Notes under the pieces: model-generated
Databases searched by the model: none
The model's input: only the letters and a program-made list of their open reading frames with translations
Told to the model about the DNA's origin: nothing
Shown here: piece after piece, positions 40,174-56,171 of the stretch
Layout of the letters: every line of letters starts with the position of its first letter
How positions within the stretch are numbered: position 1 is the first letter of the stretch
Program-made: the position numbers and the translations under genes
DNA from: Eledone cirrhosa
Taxonomy: Eukaryota
Length of the DNA: 64,000 bases
Assembly: GCA_964016885.1 (NCBI GenBank)
Contig: OZ024745.1
Span: forward strand, 45,446,001 to 45,510,000
Direction: 5' to 3'

Positions 40174-42113
40174 CACACGCGTATATAACTTGGCAATACA
40201 TATATTGGTATCAAGTAGGGCTTTCATCCGCCTATTGGTTAGTGTTTCCTTGCGTGCTTTTATCTTACTTCCTACTTTACTGCTTCATTGCTTCCTATAT
40301 ATTTCTTTTCGCCAATCCACTCCTTTTCGTATTTTAACCCGTCCATTTCTTTTTTCTTGCTCATTCCACACTTACTTTCTGTGTTTTCACGTAATTCAAT
40401 TATTACAACATCCTATTTTACTGTGATACTTTTCTCCCCCATTCATACATTTCCCTTTTATTTTACCATCCATTTATCTTAATTTTACATTATAATTAAA
40501 TTTTAGACAGTTCTTTATTGCGCCTCATTTCATTTATATTTTCAAGGATGTTAAAGTTGTTTCTGTCTTTCTCTATAGCTGTCTCTTTTCATTTACGTTT
40601 TTGTCATTTTTTCATCATTTGTTATTACGCTACATTTCATACACCTTATATTCGTTGCCAATATTTTTAATACTTAACACTTGTTTATATGGTATAAACT
40701 TCTCCCCGACTTCTGAACAAAGTGAATATTCGAAGAATAAACCCATAAACATCTTTCTTGACCGGTAGCTATACTGGAACTCACATTTACTGAGCCACAT
40801 AGTTTGCTATACTTAATCATAAAAATTGGCTCTGCAGTCGTGATTAATGCTATTATCTAATTCTCAATAAAAGGGCAATTCGATATGTCTATCAAAATTC
40901 ATGGTTGATAAATTGTGCAGTACTTTTCAATCATATGTTTTATAGAGACCAACATCATCCTGAATATCGTATTGAGTCGCTAATGATTTATGCACAAATT
41001 CCATATGCACATCAGTATTGTTATTGATTCATATCTAGTAGTAAAGAAGCAGTTAATAAACAGAACTATTAATAGAATTAATTGCAAATACTAACTAAAA
41101 CAGACGTTGTATCCATGACAGTGGAAGCAGCGGGTATTATGTAAATAATTTAATACATAAATTAATTATTATTTATTAAATATGCTTGAGCTATTTCTCC
41201 TGGTGTTTTTACCATATTGTAGCCATTGTGTTTTATATCTATCAAAACGTCTTAACCTCCATTTCACATTAAGACGGCTGCATACATAGTAAACATATAT
41301 GAGGTCACCCTTCATATCAACAGACAAACGGTGACTATGATTAGCCATGGTAAGCACAAGTATGTGGTTGGAGGAAGATTGCAATATGTGCACTTGGATA
41401 GTTTTATAGTAACCAATTTACATTGTGCATATCTTGTGCATATCTTTCTAACAGGAACAGCAGGTATATAATCTTTAACGATGCTGGACAGTCTGTGAAC
41501 GGTGCTTCCTATGTAAAATCTACCAATTTATTATACATAAATACCTATACTCACAGACACACACGGCAATTTATTACTCTTATATATCTACACACAAACA
41601 CAGCTATATTGCATATATTGCATATATATATATATATATATATATATGCAATATATGCAATATATACATATTTATAACACGCCCTTTCTCTCTCTTTCAC
41701 ATATGTTTATTATATGTAAGCGCCCTTCTCTTTCAGCTGTTTTGCCTACAGTACCATATTTATATGCTTTAAAATGACCCACTTAATACTAAATTGTATG
41801 GATTCGTTGAATAAGTTTCTCCTTTGAAGTGATCGAGACTTGAGAACATTAAAACTACTGCAAGCATTATTCAAAATTATGTTACTTCTATAGAAAACTG
41901 CACAACGACTTCCTCCACCCCTTTTCCTCCACCTGCTCCTTTATATTCCACCCATTCTCCCCCTTCCAGTTATCCTCATCATCATAATCCCAGCACTGAA
42001 TTTATTAGGATGATAATAATCATCATCACAAATATCTTTATCACCCCTATCGTTATTTTTGTGAATGGTTCATTGTGAAGGTTGTTGTATTGTCTTTATA
42101 TTTCTCTTTTAAG

Positions 42114-42409
42114 ATGAAAAAGCCGTCCCAAACAATCCGAACGATGATGGATGTAGTGGAAACTGCAAGACTATTGTGATAGCTGTGGTTTCTGGATTCC
42201 TGTGTTTTACATACGCGATCATACTTTTCTACTGTATGTGGCGATGTCATCGTCATAGACGCCACAACAAAACCAACAAGAAATACCCTCCAGCCAGTGT
42301 TTCCATGTCAGCTGTACATTCTGATTACGTTGAAGAACAAAACCGGCTAGTATCACAAAACAACATGGCCGATCTTGCAGCCCCCAAATCTATAGATGGA
42401 CACTCAGAG
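42114..42409 (+). CDS. Ret: Ret exon (membrane-proximal CxxxC, transmembrane helix, juxtamembrane), DEKAVPNNPNDDGCSGNCKTIVIAVVSGFLCFTYAIILFYCMWRCHRHRR...SIDGHSE
   Basis: ctcttttaag acceptor, GAG|gtaagc donor, 296 nt phase 1-0; CSGNCKT resembles RET CDELCRT, followed by a hydrophobic TM segment and basic stop-transfer residues. Confidence 0.92.
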
Positions 42410-43333
42410 GTAAGCCAGTTTCATACGCTGTAAGAGAGAAGACGTCAGCATTCCAAAAGATATATCTCGGCCTCATTTCTTTCACAGAGGAGCTAATTAC
42501 ATATTTTATTGTATGTTTATGGTGTTTTATTTGTACATATTGTTCGTTTTTGTATTTAAATTATACAGTAAAAAACATTCATTAATATAAACTGTGAATG
42601 TTTCTCTTTTTATTGAATATTTTGTTTGTTTTTATTATATTTATTTTTAATATATTTTCCAAAACACAACAATCTGTGAGAATATAAATGTTATTGAAGG
42701 TAGGTTTTGTTAGATAACTCGGCTTCTTGAATCCTTGATTTGAATTGAAATCGGTTCAAATCAGTGATTTGAAGAGAGTTCTTCTGAATTTCATGATAAG
42801 CTAATATATATTTCGGTGAGTTATTATATTCACCAGAACAAACTGTATTCCATAATGAGTCGTTACATCTACACATATTTCTCCTAAGTAATAAACATTT
42901 ACCAGCGAAATATAACAACATTACACAGTCAAAATACAATCGAAATCGATGACACTAGTCACATAATAATCTTTCATACAATCTAGACAAAATTAGCATA
43001 CAATGCATATACATGTATCCGGTTAAACAGAAACAAAAAATGCGTTTAGCTGAAAGGGAAACTATGTGTGAGTTAATATTCAGCTTTCAAAGACTTGAAA
43101 CAAGAAAGCTGTTACTTTCAAAGGGTAATGCGTTCCTAAGACCATATGACAGAACAATAAAACTCAGCACCATTGACGAGGTAGATTGTTGTTCAGGGGT
43201 TCAAAGAGAACATTTTCAATGCAGAGTTTATGGCGAAGAAATGTTATTTGTTAATACATATATAGCCCTCACGTTAAAACACTCACTAATATAATATATA
43301 TACTCAGTAATATATACGCACGCATCACGCACG

Positions 43334-43438
<105 letters not shown>

Positions 43439-43672
43439 ATTTTACATTTATATATGTATATAGATATATTGATATATATATATGTGTTTGTGTATGTGTA
43501 ATTGTATAAATATATATATACATATATTTATGTATATATGTATATAAATACACACACACATTGTATTTATATATGTATATAGATAGATGGATATATATAT
43601 ATGTGTTTGTGTATGTGTATGTGGAATTGTATAAATATATATATACATATATTCCTATAAATATATATATAA

Positions 43673-43717
<45 letters not shown>

Positions 43718-43743
43718 TACACATATACACGCACACACACACA

Positions 43744-43780
<37 letters not shown>

Positions 43781-44194
43781 ACGTGCCCTACGAATGTGAC
43801 GTGTCCACTGTCTGTAATAGTCACCCACACATACACGCATACATTTATATACATTAGCCTCGTATAATACTCATACCTACAATTATGTATATATATGCGG
43901 GTTTGTGAGTGTGTATGTTATATATATATTTATATTTCAAGTCTGCATATTTCATATGTACTGACATGTTTGTTACTCATTAGAAATATTCTCTCCTTTA
44001 CAGCCCGTGTAGATAGACTAAACTAATAATTTTTCTTTAACCCGTTTTATACCAAATCCCCTGAAAATGCTTCGTGTTCTATGATAAAGAAAAACTATTT
44101 CTATTACAACGATGTATTTATCTTATACCCTTTCATCATCATTTTTTACAAGGAACTGTTAATTTACGTAACAAACACTATGCACACACACACA

Positions 44195-44267
<73 letters not shown>

Positions 44268-44313
44268 GCATATATATATATATATGTACTTATTTAACTC
44301 TCTCTCTCTATAT

Positions 44314-44406
<93 letters not shown>

Positions 44407-44849
44407 TGTGTGTGTGTGTTTCAAATTTCTAAATACCTCCAAATTCTTGAATATTATCAAAGCTATGTGAAAAGCAGTGTCCTCATTGCAAACATACTAA
44501 GGAAATGGTTAAACCGAAATTCAATGATTCGAAAATGAGAGGTTCTACTAGACTGTATTACGGGTTTTACTACGGCTCAGTTAAGCAGCACTTTTATGAA
44601 AATACTTAGGCATGAAGAAACGTACTGAATGATAAATATTGGAGTAAAATCGTGATTTGAAATAACGAAATATATTACAGATTCGAGAAGAAAACTGCAT
44701 TGACAACGATTACAAAATATTTCCTTCAATTGGGTGTAGTGTGGGGGAAAACACAATATTTTCTAGAATGCCAGAATGATGCAAGAGAGTTTTTAAACCA
44801 CTCTCACTGAATTAACAACCGTATATATATATATATATATATATATATA

Positions 44850-45025
44850 CAAGTGGAAGCTTAGTAAAATCGAAGCTTTGGTTGTGGCCAAGCAAAGTCG
44901 ACCTACAATAGGAATGAGTTAGCAAAGCACTCAATAAGGGTAGATCCTTAGAGTAATAACATACGTTTAAATAGCTTGGCAAATTGAACATTGCGGTAGG
45001 CAAAACCCAACCATACAATACCAAT
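44850..45025 (-). mobile_element. Short PLE 3' tail fragment related to 12219-12350
   Basis: Shared aagcactcaataagg...ccttagagtaataacat.acgttta.a.agctt; flanked by (TA)n. Confidence 0.6.
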
Positions 45026-45191
45026 ATATATATATATGTGTGTGTGTGTGTGTATGTATGTGTGTGTGTATGTATGTATGTGTATGTGTATGTGTGTGTG
45101 TGTATGTGTGTGTGTGTATATGTGTGTGTATGTATGTGTGTGTGTGTATGTGTGTGTGTATGTATGTGTGTTCGTATGTATGTGTGTGGAT

Positions 45192-45277
<86 letters not shown>

Positions 45278-48200
45278 TATATTCTTGGACTAGGCGGTGC
45301 ATTGTGTTCTTGAGCAATACGCGTTATTTCAGGTTGCTCGAGTTCACTCAGCTGCAGATATGAGTTGTGACGTCACTGGTGCCAAGCTGTATCAGCCTTA
45401 GCCTTTCTCTTGGACAACAAGGTGACTGGTATGCATGGGTAACTGTGTTTGAGCATAAGCGAAATTATGAATCGTATTAGCCGAATATAAACGTAGTGAA
45501 TTATTACGTGACTTATTTACAATTATGTTTCATTGTTTCTTTATTTATTTTTATATAATGATTCGACTATAGCTGAAGTAGGTCTTCTTATTTTCTTTAT
45601 CGTTTACAACATTACTTAACGGAATTGATACATGTGAATAATTTTAGCGTTTGATTATCTTCAAATGTTTGTACTAATATTTAAGCGTCGATGTTCCACA
45701 GCACATCCAGTTAAAAGTTTTTAGAGTATGTATGAAATCTGTGTCAGAAAATATCTTATATACAAGGAGAAAAGTGGCGATAAGTGATATCGGTGGCTGA
45801 TATATTTGGAGAACAGCGCAGGTGAGGAATTAAATTGCAGACTGAAAGGAAAAAAATGTAAATATAATTTCTTTAAGAAACACACTTCTCTCTGTGTGGT
45901 TGTCTTAATATGAGTATGGTTTTGTTTAGGAGTAGATTTCAAGCTGCAAACTTATGGCTATATATTATTAGAATTATATTTTCATTTCAAATCAGCTTAC
46001 CATACCAATTGAAAGATAAGAACACGTACCACTGAACCATTTTCTACCAAATCACACAGTTACGAACATACGCAAAAACAGCATACATTGCATAAGCACT
46101 GAAATATTTGAAATTAGTAGCTTCACAGTGTTCTCCGAGTTATTTGTAAAATGTATCGCAAAATACAAATAAAAAGATTCTGCATTATGATAACTGGATA
46201 TATTCTTTTCTGTTTGGTAGCTTTGCAAAAGAATTGTCATATGTGTGTGCATGTTTGAAAGGATGGAAGGGATGAGCCGAGATTAGAAATTAAGGGGTCA
46301 GGCCAGGTTGGGTTATTTCCCATTTCCATTACTGAAGGTCGGCACCATGGACAATTGTACCAGTCCACTCCACTGGTCCCTCACTCTAACCTCAACGATG
46401 CAACTCGCTACCCGATGTTATCATGCCACCGTCTTCACCTCGGTCCCATGCCGTCAATGCTTCCTTACAGGATTTGAGTGTAGAGGTTCTTGGACATATT
46501 GAGAATATTGTGATTCAATATTATATTCATGATGTTGTTCACCTCTAAAAAACGCATGACTGATAGGTATTGCAGAATTTATCAACCATGTTTGGTTAGC
46601 TCCAATATTCAGCTCACGTCCTTGTGCTAGACATGCTATAGATATGTGGTTTATCTAGGGGAAACTAGTTTAACATTTAATGCGTATATATTTCCATTTC
46701 AACTTATTGTTATGCCACATCATCTCCGATGGTCGAAAAATACGGGATGATCAGTTATGACATATATGTGTATCTACGTGTCTGTATGCATATATGTATG
46801 TCTTTATCGTTGATCAATATATTTTTGCATACACAGTCTCGTCAGGAAAATATTTTAATAAATGCTCTTACATGGATCATCGCATTCAAGTGAGCTTGTC
46901 TCGGTCCCTTGTGTCCATTTGCAAAATTAAAATATATATCGGTACTCAGTAACAGAGAAGACCCGCCTTACCTAAATATATAGTAAAACCTACTCCAGCC
47001 AGTAGGCATCTCTAACAAAATACACCCCGTCCCACCACCACCACCCCCACCCCACCCACACCACCCCGTTCTATGTAAAGTTATGTTGGTGCCGCGCCAT
47101 CCAGGCCGAAACAAATGAGATCGTGTAGGTGTCACGACAAAAAAACACACAGTCCACGCTGTAATGTGGCCGTGTAGGCAACACGGTAAAAACCTCCCAG
47201 ACCCACACTGTAAATGTGGTTGGTGTTAGGAAGGGCATCCAACTGTAGAAAACCTGCCAGACAGTCCTATGCGAGCAAGACAATCACTCTTGCCTCAAGT
47301 GGGACTACCCCTGTCCAAACCCATGCAAGCGTGGAACACGGACGTTAAACGTTGATGATGATGATGATGATGATCTGAAAATAATTGTTTCTACTTTAGG
47401 CACAAGGCCAACAATTACCCAATGCATTACTGGTACTATAATAATACTTTTTAAAACGAAGATAAAAAAATGATATAAAGTAATTGAACGTCAGATGATA
47501 CAAAGATGATACATATGTGTGTGTATGGGGGGGGGGGGGGGGGTCCTAGTTTATAAGATGTAACCGTATTCAAGTTTTATACTGTATAAATTAAAAGAAT
47601 TACTTGTGAATTCAAGTTATATGTACTTTACAAATCTGGTAATACTTGAAATAAAAAAATAAAATATATAAATCAAAATACTGACAAATTCTAGAAATAA
47701 GAATGTGGAGGCAATGTTATAAGTACTGTACTTTTGTATATGGAATGTAGTGAGTTGACAAGTGGAGATTATCCATGCAATTAATACACAAAATTTCTTT
47801 ATGGATTTCTTAAAATGTATCAGCAGAAAGGGAGGTAATTCAAATATGAAATTTTGTCAAATATGGAAAAACAAGATCGTAATTGAGTCAGTCAAAAACA
47901 TTTCCCCTAATAAAATAAACATTAAGTAGACATCTGGGATAAAATATGGTGTCACAAATTAAGTAGAAGTAACATTAGTGTATATACATTGAACCATGGG
48001 TATGTGTGTTTATAAAACCGTTCAACGCAAGTGGGTTAGAGATATCGAGGCAACAAGTCAGAGGGATATCGAGGTGGAAAACAAAAGGAGGAGGAGGAAA
48101 AAAATGAAGAGGAAGGATCACTGAAATTTGCATTACTAATAGTCCCAAAGTTTTTTTTTTATTAACTATCAGGAGGTGGGATATGTAGAGGGAGTTTCGG

Positions 48201-48295
48201 AGAAATCAGAGATTTCCTTCCTGGTGGCCATTTATCATTTCTTTCTATCGCAAACTATCACACACACGCACACACACGCACACGCACACACGCGC

Positions 48296-48392
<97 letters not shown>

Positions 48393-48438
48393 GGACGAAG
48401 TTCGGATCGAGCTGTCGAAACGGCCGGAGCTCAACAAT

Positions 48439-48621
48439 CAGGGTCCTGACTCTTTTCCTATTACCCACTCTACTACCCTAAATATTGAGTATTCTGGTGC
48501 ATTATGGTCTACCTGGTAACTTACCACACCCTCTTTCTTATATATATTGACCATAACGCACCAGAGTACTCAATACTTAGGGTAGTAGAGTTGGTAATAG
48601 GAAAAAAGTCAGGACCCCTGA
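48439..48621. repeat. Diverged inverted repeat in a (TA)n-flanked short element
   Basis: tcagggtcctgact...ctaccctaaatattgagtattctggtgcattatggtc mirrored at 48549-48621. Confidence 0.85.
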
Positions 48622-50264
48622 TATATATATATATATATATATATATTTCTTCATTATACTGTGTTGCTTAATTTGTTGTTTCCGTTTACTACTTTGCATA
48701 CATACACACAAACACAAATATATATATATGCGCGCGCATATATGGGTATGTGGCTGTATGTGTGTGTTTATTTAATCCTTTATTAGCTTCACCAAGGAAC
48801 TAAATATTTTTACAAGGATAACGTAAAGCCGATAAACTCTTGGTAATTATGAATTGTGTATATATTATTACAACTTCTGTTACTGTAGCACTTCAGAAAA
48901 TGTGTTTCAAATCTACAAAATGTATTACTTCTAATAATTACAGGTACAATATTTCATGCTGCTTACTGCATAAACTGATGCTCTGCATAAATCCCATGGA
49001 TTTCTTCTAGAGTTTTAAATATTAAAATATATACTGTCTAAGTTATAGGTAACATCGAAATAGAGAATATTTATCACCGGAGAACTGAACTGACAGAAAA
49101 ATGCCGAGTAGTGTAGCATTTATAATTGTTAAGGTCTAATTGCTTCATACAATATTAGAACGGAGAAAATTATAGTTTGACTTCAATATTTAGAATACCG
49201 AGCTCAAATATTGATTGCAAATTAAAACTTAATTGGTCAACAGAGTAAAATGATCCCATTGATCGAAAGTGTGTGAAAACTAGATATTCGATACAAAATA
49301 ATCCTTGAAAGACAGGATTCAAGCCCGTTATTGTAAAGTACATTAATTTTATATATTCTGTTAATTTATTAAGTTCTTTTTCTCAACTTACAACATTCTT
49401 TACATTGCTTAGACATTAGTAATATATAGTGTAGGTATGCTATGATTGAACCGTATTGATTTCATTCTTCGTTAACTTCACAAAATTACAATTTCAAATC
49501 GTAAATCTATTTTTACCTGGCGGTGTATACCATATGTTCTCTATCTGTAAGTGGATACCATTTATTCGTGATGGTCAGTTAATGCATTTGCACTGCATGA
49601 CTAGATTGTCACTTTTATCTAAGAAAATTGTTATTGAAAGTGTAAAAGACAGTTCAAGTTCTTTGAAAATTTAAGTAATAACTATTTGTGCGCTACATAT
49701 GAAATCATTGACGGTGTACGTGAAGTAAAATGGATGGATGATTGTTTATTTTAAGAGTAACAGATGTTATTTAGTTATCATCTTGTATTATACAATAAAC
49801 ATCTTTGACATTAGCTGCGAGATCCCGGAAAGGGCTTTGTTCACCGGATGTAGCAATTAACTTGTCTAATTAACTGAAATCTATCATGAAAAACATATCA
49901 ATCGTTTAGACTGCTGTGTTTAATTTAACACATGCATTAACCACTAAAGTTTCAATGTACGAGGTATTAGATATAATCAGTTCTAATATGAGACAGGTAT
50001 ATGACATTACAGGACTAGAGTCACGTGCATCACTCTAATCATTTGGGTGGGGGTGGGGTGGGGGTTCTGTTCGTAACATCGACCTCTATAACGTTTCACC
50101 ATTTTGTAGAACAGTTGATTTTGTTAGCGCTTAGGGACTGATGAATTATCTTTTAAAGATAGAAGAGTGTAATTAATAGAACAGAAATACATTGCAGTAT
50201 GTAGTTTGAAGAAATTGAATGCCTTGCGATCTCTGGTGCAATTGCTAAGGCAATCGTCCGGAAA

Positions 50265-50339
<75 letters not shown>

Positions 50340-50434
50340 GTATATATATGTATATGTATATATATGTATATATATATATGTATATATATATATGTATATA
50401 TATGTATATATATATATGTATATATGTATATGTT

Positions 50435-50479
<45 letters not shown>

Positions 50480-50543
50480 GTAGATTCCCGCAAGTAAGTT
50501 TGTTTATCTGTTCTGTGTAACACGTTTGGCTGATTCAAATAAT

Positions 50544-50727
50544 TGTTTCTACTTTAGGCACAAGGCCAGCAATCACCAGTTCATTACTGGTACTTTATTT
50601 TATCGACCCCGTAAGGATGAAAGGCAAAGTTAACCTCGGCGGGATTTTAACTCAGATCGTAAAGGGACGTAACTATGCTGGAAAGCATGGCGTCCGGCCC
50701 TCTACCGATACTGCCAATCCACGGCCA
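50544..50727 (-). mobile_element. SINE family 2, full length
   Basis: 17-bp TSD tggctgattcaaataat. Confidence 0.9.
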
Positions 50728-52151
50728 TGGCTGATTCAAATAATGTCACTTAGTTTGATGTTAATTCAAAACTAGATGTTCTTTTAGATAATATGAATTT
50801 CTGACCTACTTCGCTTTATAGTTTGAAATTTAGATCTTTTATTCACATATATGCGAATTGTCTTTATATATCAGTAGGCTAATAAAATACATTACTCATA
50901 AGCAATCTCTTCATGGTTGGAATATTGAGCAACAGGCACAATAAAACACTGGTTGAAGTTTGATTTCTAATTCTTGGTCAGCTTTACCGATTGGTTAACA
51001 GTCAAAGAACAGATATGTATTAAAGCAGAACTATCCTACTCAATCATTGTTTAGTGACAGTTTGTATATCGAAACGATATCACACACAAACAGCCGCATA
51101 TTTCTCTCTTAAATAAACAAACATACTATATTCTGCACCATTTATTGATCTATTAAAACTGAACCTACATGTGAGTTGTAGTGGGTGGCTATTATTTAGT
51201 AACAACAATGATACAGCAATGAGGCATTAGCATGGAGATTATCAGTCAATTAGAAAAGTGAGTTTAAAGGAAGTACTAGTTGGCCTATGATACTCCTTAC
51301 ACCGTAAACATCCAGAAAAGTCAATAAAGTTTATTTATGTTCGTAATTATTTTAAACATAATATACACCACGACATTTTGACTAGTAGTTACAGTCATCA
51401 GGTCCATTTATACCACTAACAACATTGAAATAATATTTATAAAAACAAAAACACAAACTAATATAATATTTCATTCCCTTAATACATAAATCAGAAGGCT
51501 TAAAATCAATGATAAATTTAGAACTGAGGTAAATTTATGTTCCGAATTTGATGAACAGTTGTAAGCAATCCTTTATCTTTAGCGCTCATATTCTGAAATT
51601 ATTTCCTTTTGTCAATAAATTTAAACTTTGTAAACTGAACGGAATAATGATAAAAGAGCTCTGGTTCAGTAGTTGTAGCTTGCTTTGTGCTTGTTGTAGA
51701 GAGTATTTTAATAAGATTTAGAGATTTGAAGTGGTGATGACAACGGTAAAGCCTAGAGAGGCGAAGATATTTTCTTCAAATAAATGCCGAGTACTATCAT
51801 AATGATAATAACAGTAATAGGAATGAACACAGTAATCGGAAAAGAAGGTTTCCATAATATTTATTTCTAATGCAGCGAATAGTCAGAGCCGTCAAAACAT
51901 CTGATAGAATGTCTTGCGGTATTCCCTCGGGCTCTCTGTACTCTGAGTTCAAATCACACCAAGGTCATCTTTACCTTTCATCCTTTTGAGGTCGATAAAT
52001 AAAATAGCATTCTTCATTCATATCTATATCTCACTACCTCTCTATCACTTTCTCTCCGTCTCTCAAATAGATCGGTTGTGTTCACACCTGGGTGCTATGA
52101 CTTTTAAAATGGCCAAGAAACACCCACCCTACTCCATCCAAAGTTAGAGGT

Positions 52152-52295
<144 letters not shown>

Positions 52296-54884
52296 CTATA
52301 ATGCATAATGTTTTGCTGGAAGATTTATTTTGTTCTTTGGATATGAGCAACTTGTGTGGTATCCATACTAATAATGCATGTTAGATAAATAGTGGTTTGA
52401 CAGGCAGAAGATATGGCATACATTCAACAGCATTTGCGAGATACACACTAACAACATGTCAAAAATAATTATACAAAATATAGCTGAATATATATTTAGT
52501 TGAACAGCCTACTTAGTGTCTATCACACACACATACACACACAAACACACACACCCTACCTATCTATCTATTTATCTCTCTTTACGTGTGTTCATACATA
52601 TATAACTACATGCATTCATAAGTATTTATGTTTGTATGTATGTATGTATGTATGTATGTATGTATGTATGTATGTATGTATGTATGTATGTATGTATGTT
52701 TGTATGTATGTATGTATGTATGTATGTATGTGTGTATGTATGTATGGATGACAGAAACATGTATATATTATTACTGCAAGTATAATCTACATATTGTTTG
52801 TGAATACAACATGCAAATAATGATTTTGAAATGTTATTTTAGGCTGCTTGCTTACCCATGCCCACTGCATCTATTTAAATCATCCAAATATAATAATAGT
52901 AACATGCGAAATACCTTTGCTTCCTTTTCGATATCATTTCAAAATCTTAAACATCGGGCTTACTGAGCAAACCTCCCAGGGTTCAAGTGAAAAGTTAAAT
53001 TCTATTCAGATAGTTCGCCTCTAAAAATAGAGGCACTAAAAATATCCTATACTTCATTCGAAATATATAAAGAACAAATGAAGTATGTATATCTAATTGA
53101 ACAATAGCATCCTTATGTATCGCTAATATCACTTTTGAATTGGATACCTTACAAATAGATAAAAAATAGGAATTATATAAGCATAGTACAGTTGGTAAAG
53201 AAATATCTTTGCTACATATTTCTTCATTTTTCATACCTAGCAAAAGTTTTTAAATGGGAGGAGGAAAGAAAGACGTCGATCGACAAGATCGCAGACACCA
53301 TTCGCTTGCCGGGTGAGGCGGACCACGTCAAATCAAAGAAAATAATGTTTCATTTGGTCTTTCCATAGCTGATTCTATTTACCGGTCGCAACTCCTGGCA
53401 GAAAGAGCAACGTGAAATAAAGTGTCTTGATCAAGGACATAACGCATAGCGCGGTCCGGGAATCGAACTCTCAAACCCATGAATCTAATTTTCTAAACAC
53501 TAAGCCACGCACCTTTAACAGAGTTAACTTACCATATGTACATATTACTGCCATCATTGGGAATGCTATAAATTATATATTAGTTATAAATGTAGATTGA
53601 TGTCTTCCTTGGCATTAAATAGTCAGACTGTTAAAGTATCACTGTTGTTGACACTAGAGATATACATAACGGATAATATATTATATGTTAACCTTTAAGT
53701 GAGGCCTTAATCACATAATTTATTAGCAGCAAATAGAATGATTTCTATATTTTGGAATACATTTATTCTCGAATAGCCTATATGAATTTACTTTTGAGGA
53801 AGGAAATATTTATTATCTTAATACCCTCCCCAATTTAAAGATGAGAATGCGATTGAGTTTAATCTATATAGTTTCATATGAAATCATCCTTTTATAGATT
53901 ATTGGAAACAATTTATTGTTCCTTATTATTGTTATTTACATGTGCACATTAAGTACCATGATTCAACACATTAAAGAATAAAATATCAATTTTATCAAAC
54001 GAAGGGAGTTAACAAATGCATATACATAATATATACCATCATCTAGAGCAGGAAATAAACAAATCCTATGATTTATTGGGGCATTTGGATGATTTGAAAT
54101 TTGAAAAGTTGAAATCCAAACACAGAAATCGTAATAAATAATAATAGCTTTAGAAAATCGGGTAAAATAACCCTAGAGACAGATAAAAAGTGGACAGCAG
54201 CCACTACAGAATTTTCTTTGTAATTCTGCTAATATATTAGAATAGCAATAAATATTATTCCTCTGATTAGGTCATTCAACGATGTTAGCCATTGTTGTTA
54301 ATATCAAGTATTCCAAATAGATATTAATGGTTTGATGGAAACAGAGGTAAATTTTTATTGAAGAATTAAGTACTTTTTATTGCCATATTGTACTGAGGAA
54401 TATATTTCATCTATATTTTGTGACTCAATAATATCTATTTTAAATTCTGGCAATAAACATAGTATTCTAAATGGAAATTATAGTTCAACAGTTCAGATAT
54501 TCAATAGCATCTTGTAAATTAGTTGCATATGTTGAGAATAGGTTTATCTTTAAAAAATATAAGTCAACCACATTCCCTTGTAATGCAATCTTCATGCAAC
54601 AATGTGAATATATTAACAACTTTATGAAAATATATTCTGCCTTGAAAATCCTGTTTCAAATAGCAATGGCCAGTGATAAGATCAAAATTTATGCAGCATT
54701 ATCACTTGAACAATATTATTTACCATGTTTCTGAGAATACACCAGGATAAAATAAATGGGAAAATTTAATTATTTATTGTTGTTATTGTATATCGTTATA
54801 CATTGCACATAAATAAAGATGCCGGGTGTATTACATGTAAATATGTGAAACAGAAATTATCCATTTCACACATAACTAAATAAT

Positions 54885-55069
54885 TGTTTCTACTTTTTGG
54901 CACAAGGCCAGCAATTATCTCAGTGTATTACTGGTACTTTATTTTATCGACCCCGTAAGGATGAAAGGCAAAGTTAACCTCGGCGGGATTTGAACTCAGT
55001 CTGTAAAGGGACATAACTGTGCTACAAAGCATGGCGTCCGACCCTCTACCGATACTACCAATCCACCAC
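54885..55069 (-). mobile_element. SINE family 2, full length
   Basis: 16-bp TSD cacataactaaataat. Confidence 0.9.
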
Positions 55070-56122
55070 CACATAACTAAATAATACCTTGTAACACTTC
55101 TTGCCCACTTTATCTCTATAAATATATATATATTTCTAATTCACGCTTTAGACTTCTCTATCTCTATAACACTGATACATAATCACATCCGACCTCTCAA
55201 ATTGATCATCAACGTATTAGATCTATTACAAATAGTGACGGTTTTACAAGTGATCAAAACCGAAATTATTGATTCAATTAAACAGTATGAGAGTATTTCC
55301 ATAAACCTCCTTTGAACGCAGCATTATAATAGCTGGTGGTATTGTATAATTCATTTAATGTATATTAGTCAAGTGCTTTGGAATGAGGCTGCTTCATCAA
55401 ACAACATCAGTGTTGTTATCAGAAATATATGCTTTAGTTTATAGGCAGGCCGAAATAAGAACGGTCGAAGTTACTCGGTAGTTAGACCTTTACTTGCCAG
55501 CACCACTACTTATCCGTTGTACCATCACCACTACTTATCCTTTGTACCAACTCGATTGTTTATCGTTAGGCCTAACTTGATTGATTATCCCTAACACTAC
55601 AGTGGACTTTTGATAATCGAGATCATTTGTAACTCTATACGTGGGATTTACTAAACCATTGAATTGCTTGATTTGATGCAAAGTTATTCATATGAAACTC
55701 TTTCAAGAATGATTCTAAATACCTTGGAAACATATATTTTGACAATCATGGTGACGATAGTTCTGCAAGAATAATCAGAGATGTATAAAGCAAGATCTCC
55801 TGGTTATACATTATTATTTTTTTTATTATACAAGAATGAAATGTCCAGTTTTGGACGTCAGTAATAAGAATTCGGTCATGCCGTATGAACGCTGTCAGGT
55901 TTCTTCAGTTACACTTCTATCCGTGCGATTTGAGGAGTTACAATTTAAAAGTGGTGCAGACATGGATGTGGGTTTAAAAGGATTGCTTTAAAAAATGTTC
56001 CATGTTCCATCTAACAATGCAGTGCCTTAATCGTAATCTTTTGTGAGTAGAATTTGACAGATAGAAATTATATGCAGTCCTATGACACGCATACAGCCCC
56101 CCCCCCACACATACACACATAA

Positions 56123-56171
<49 letters not shown>

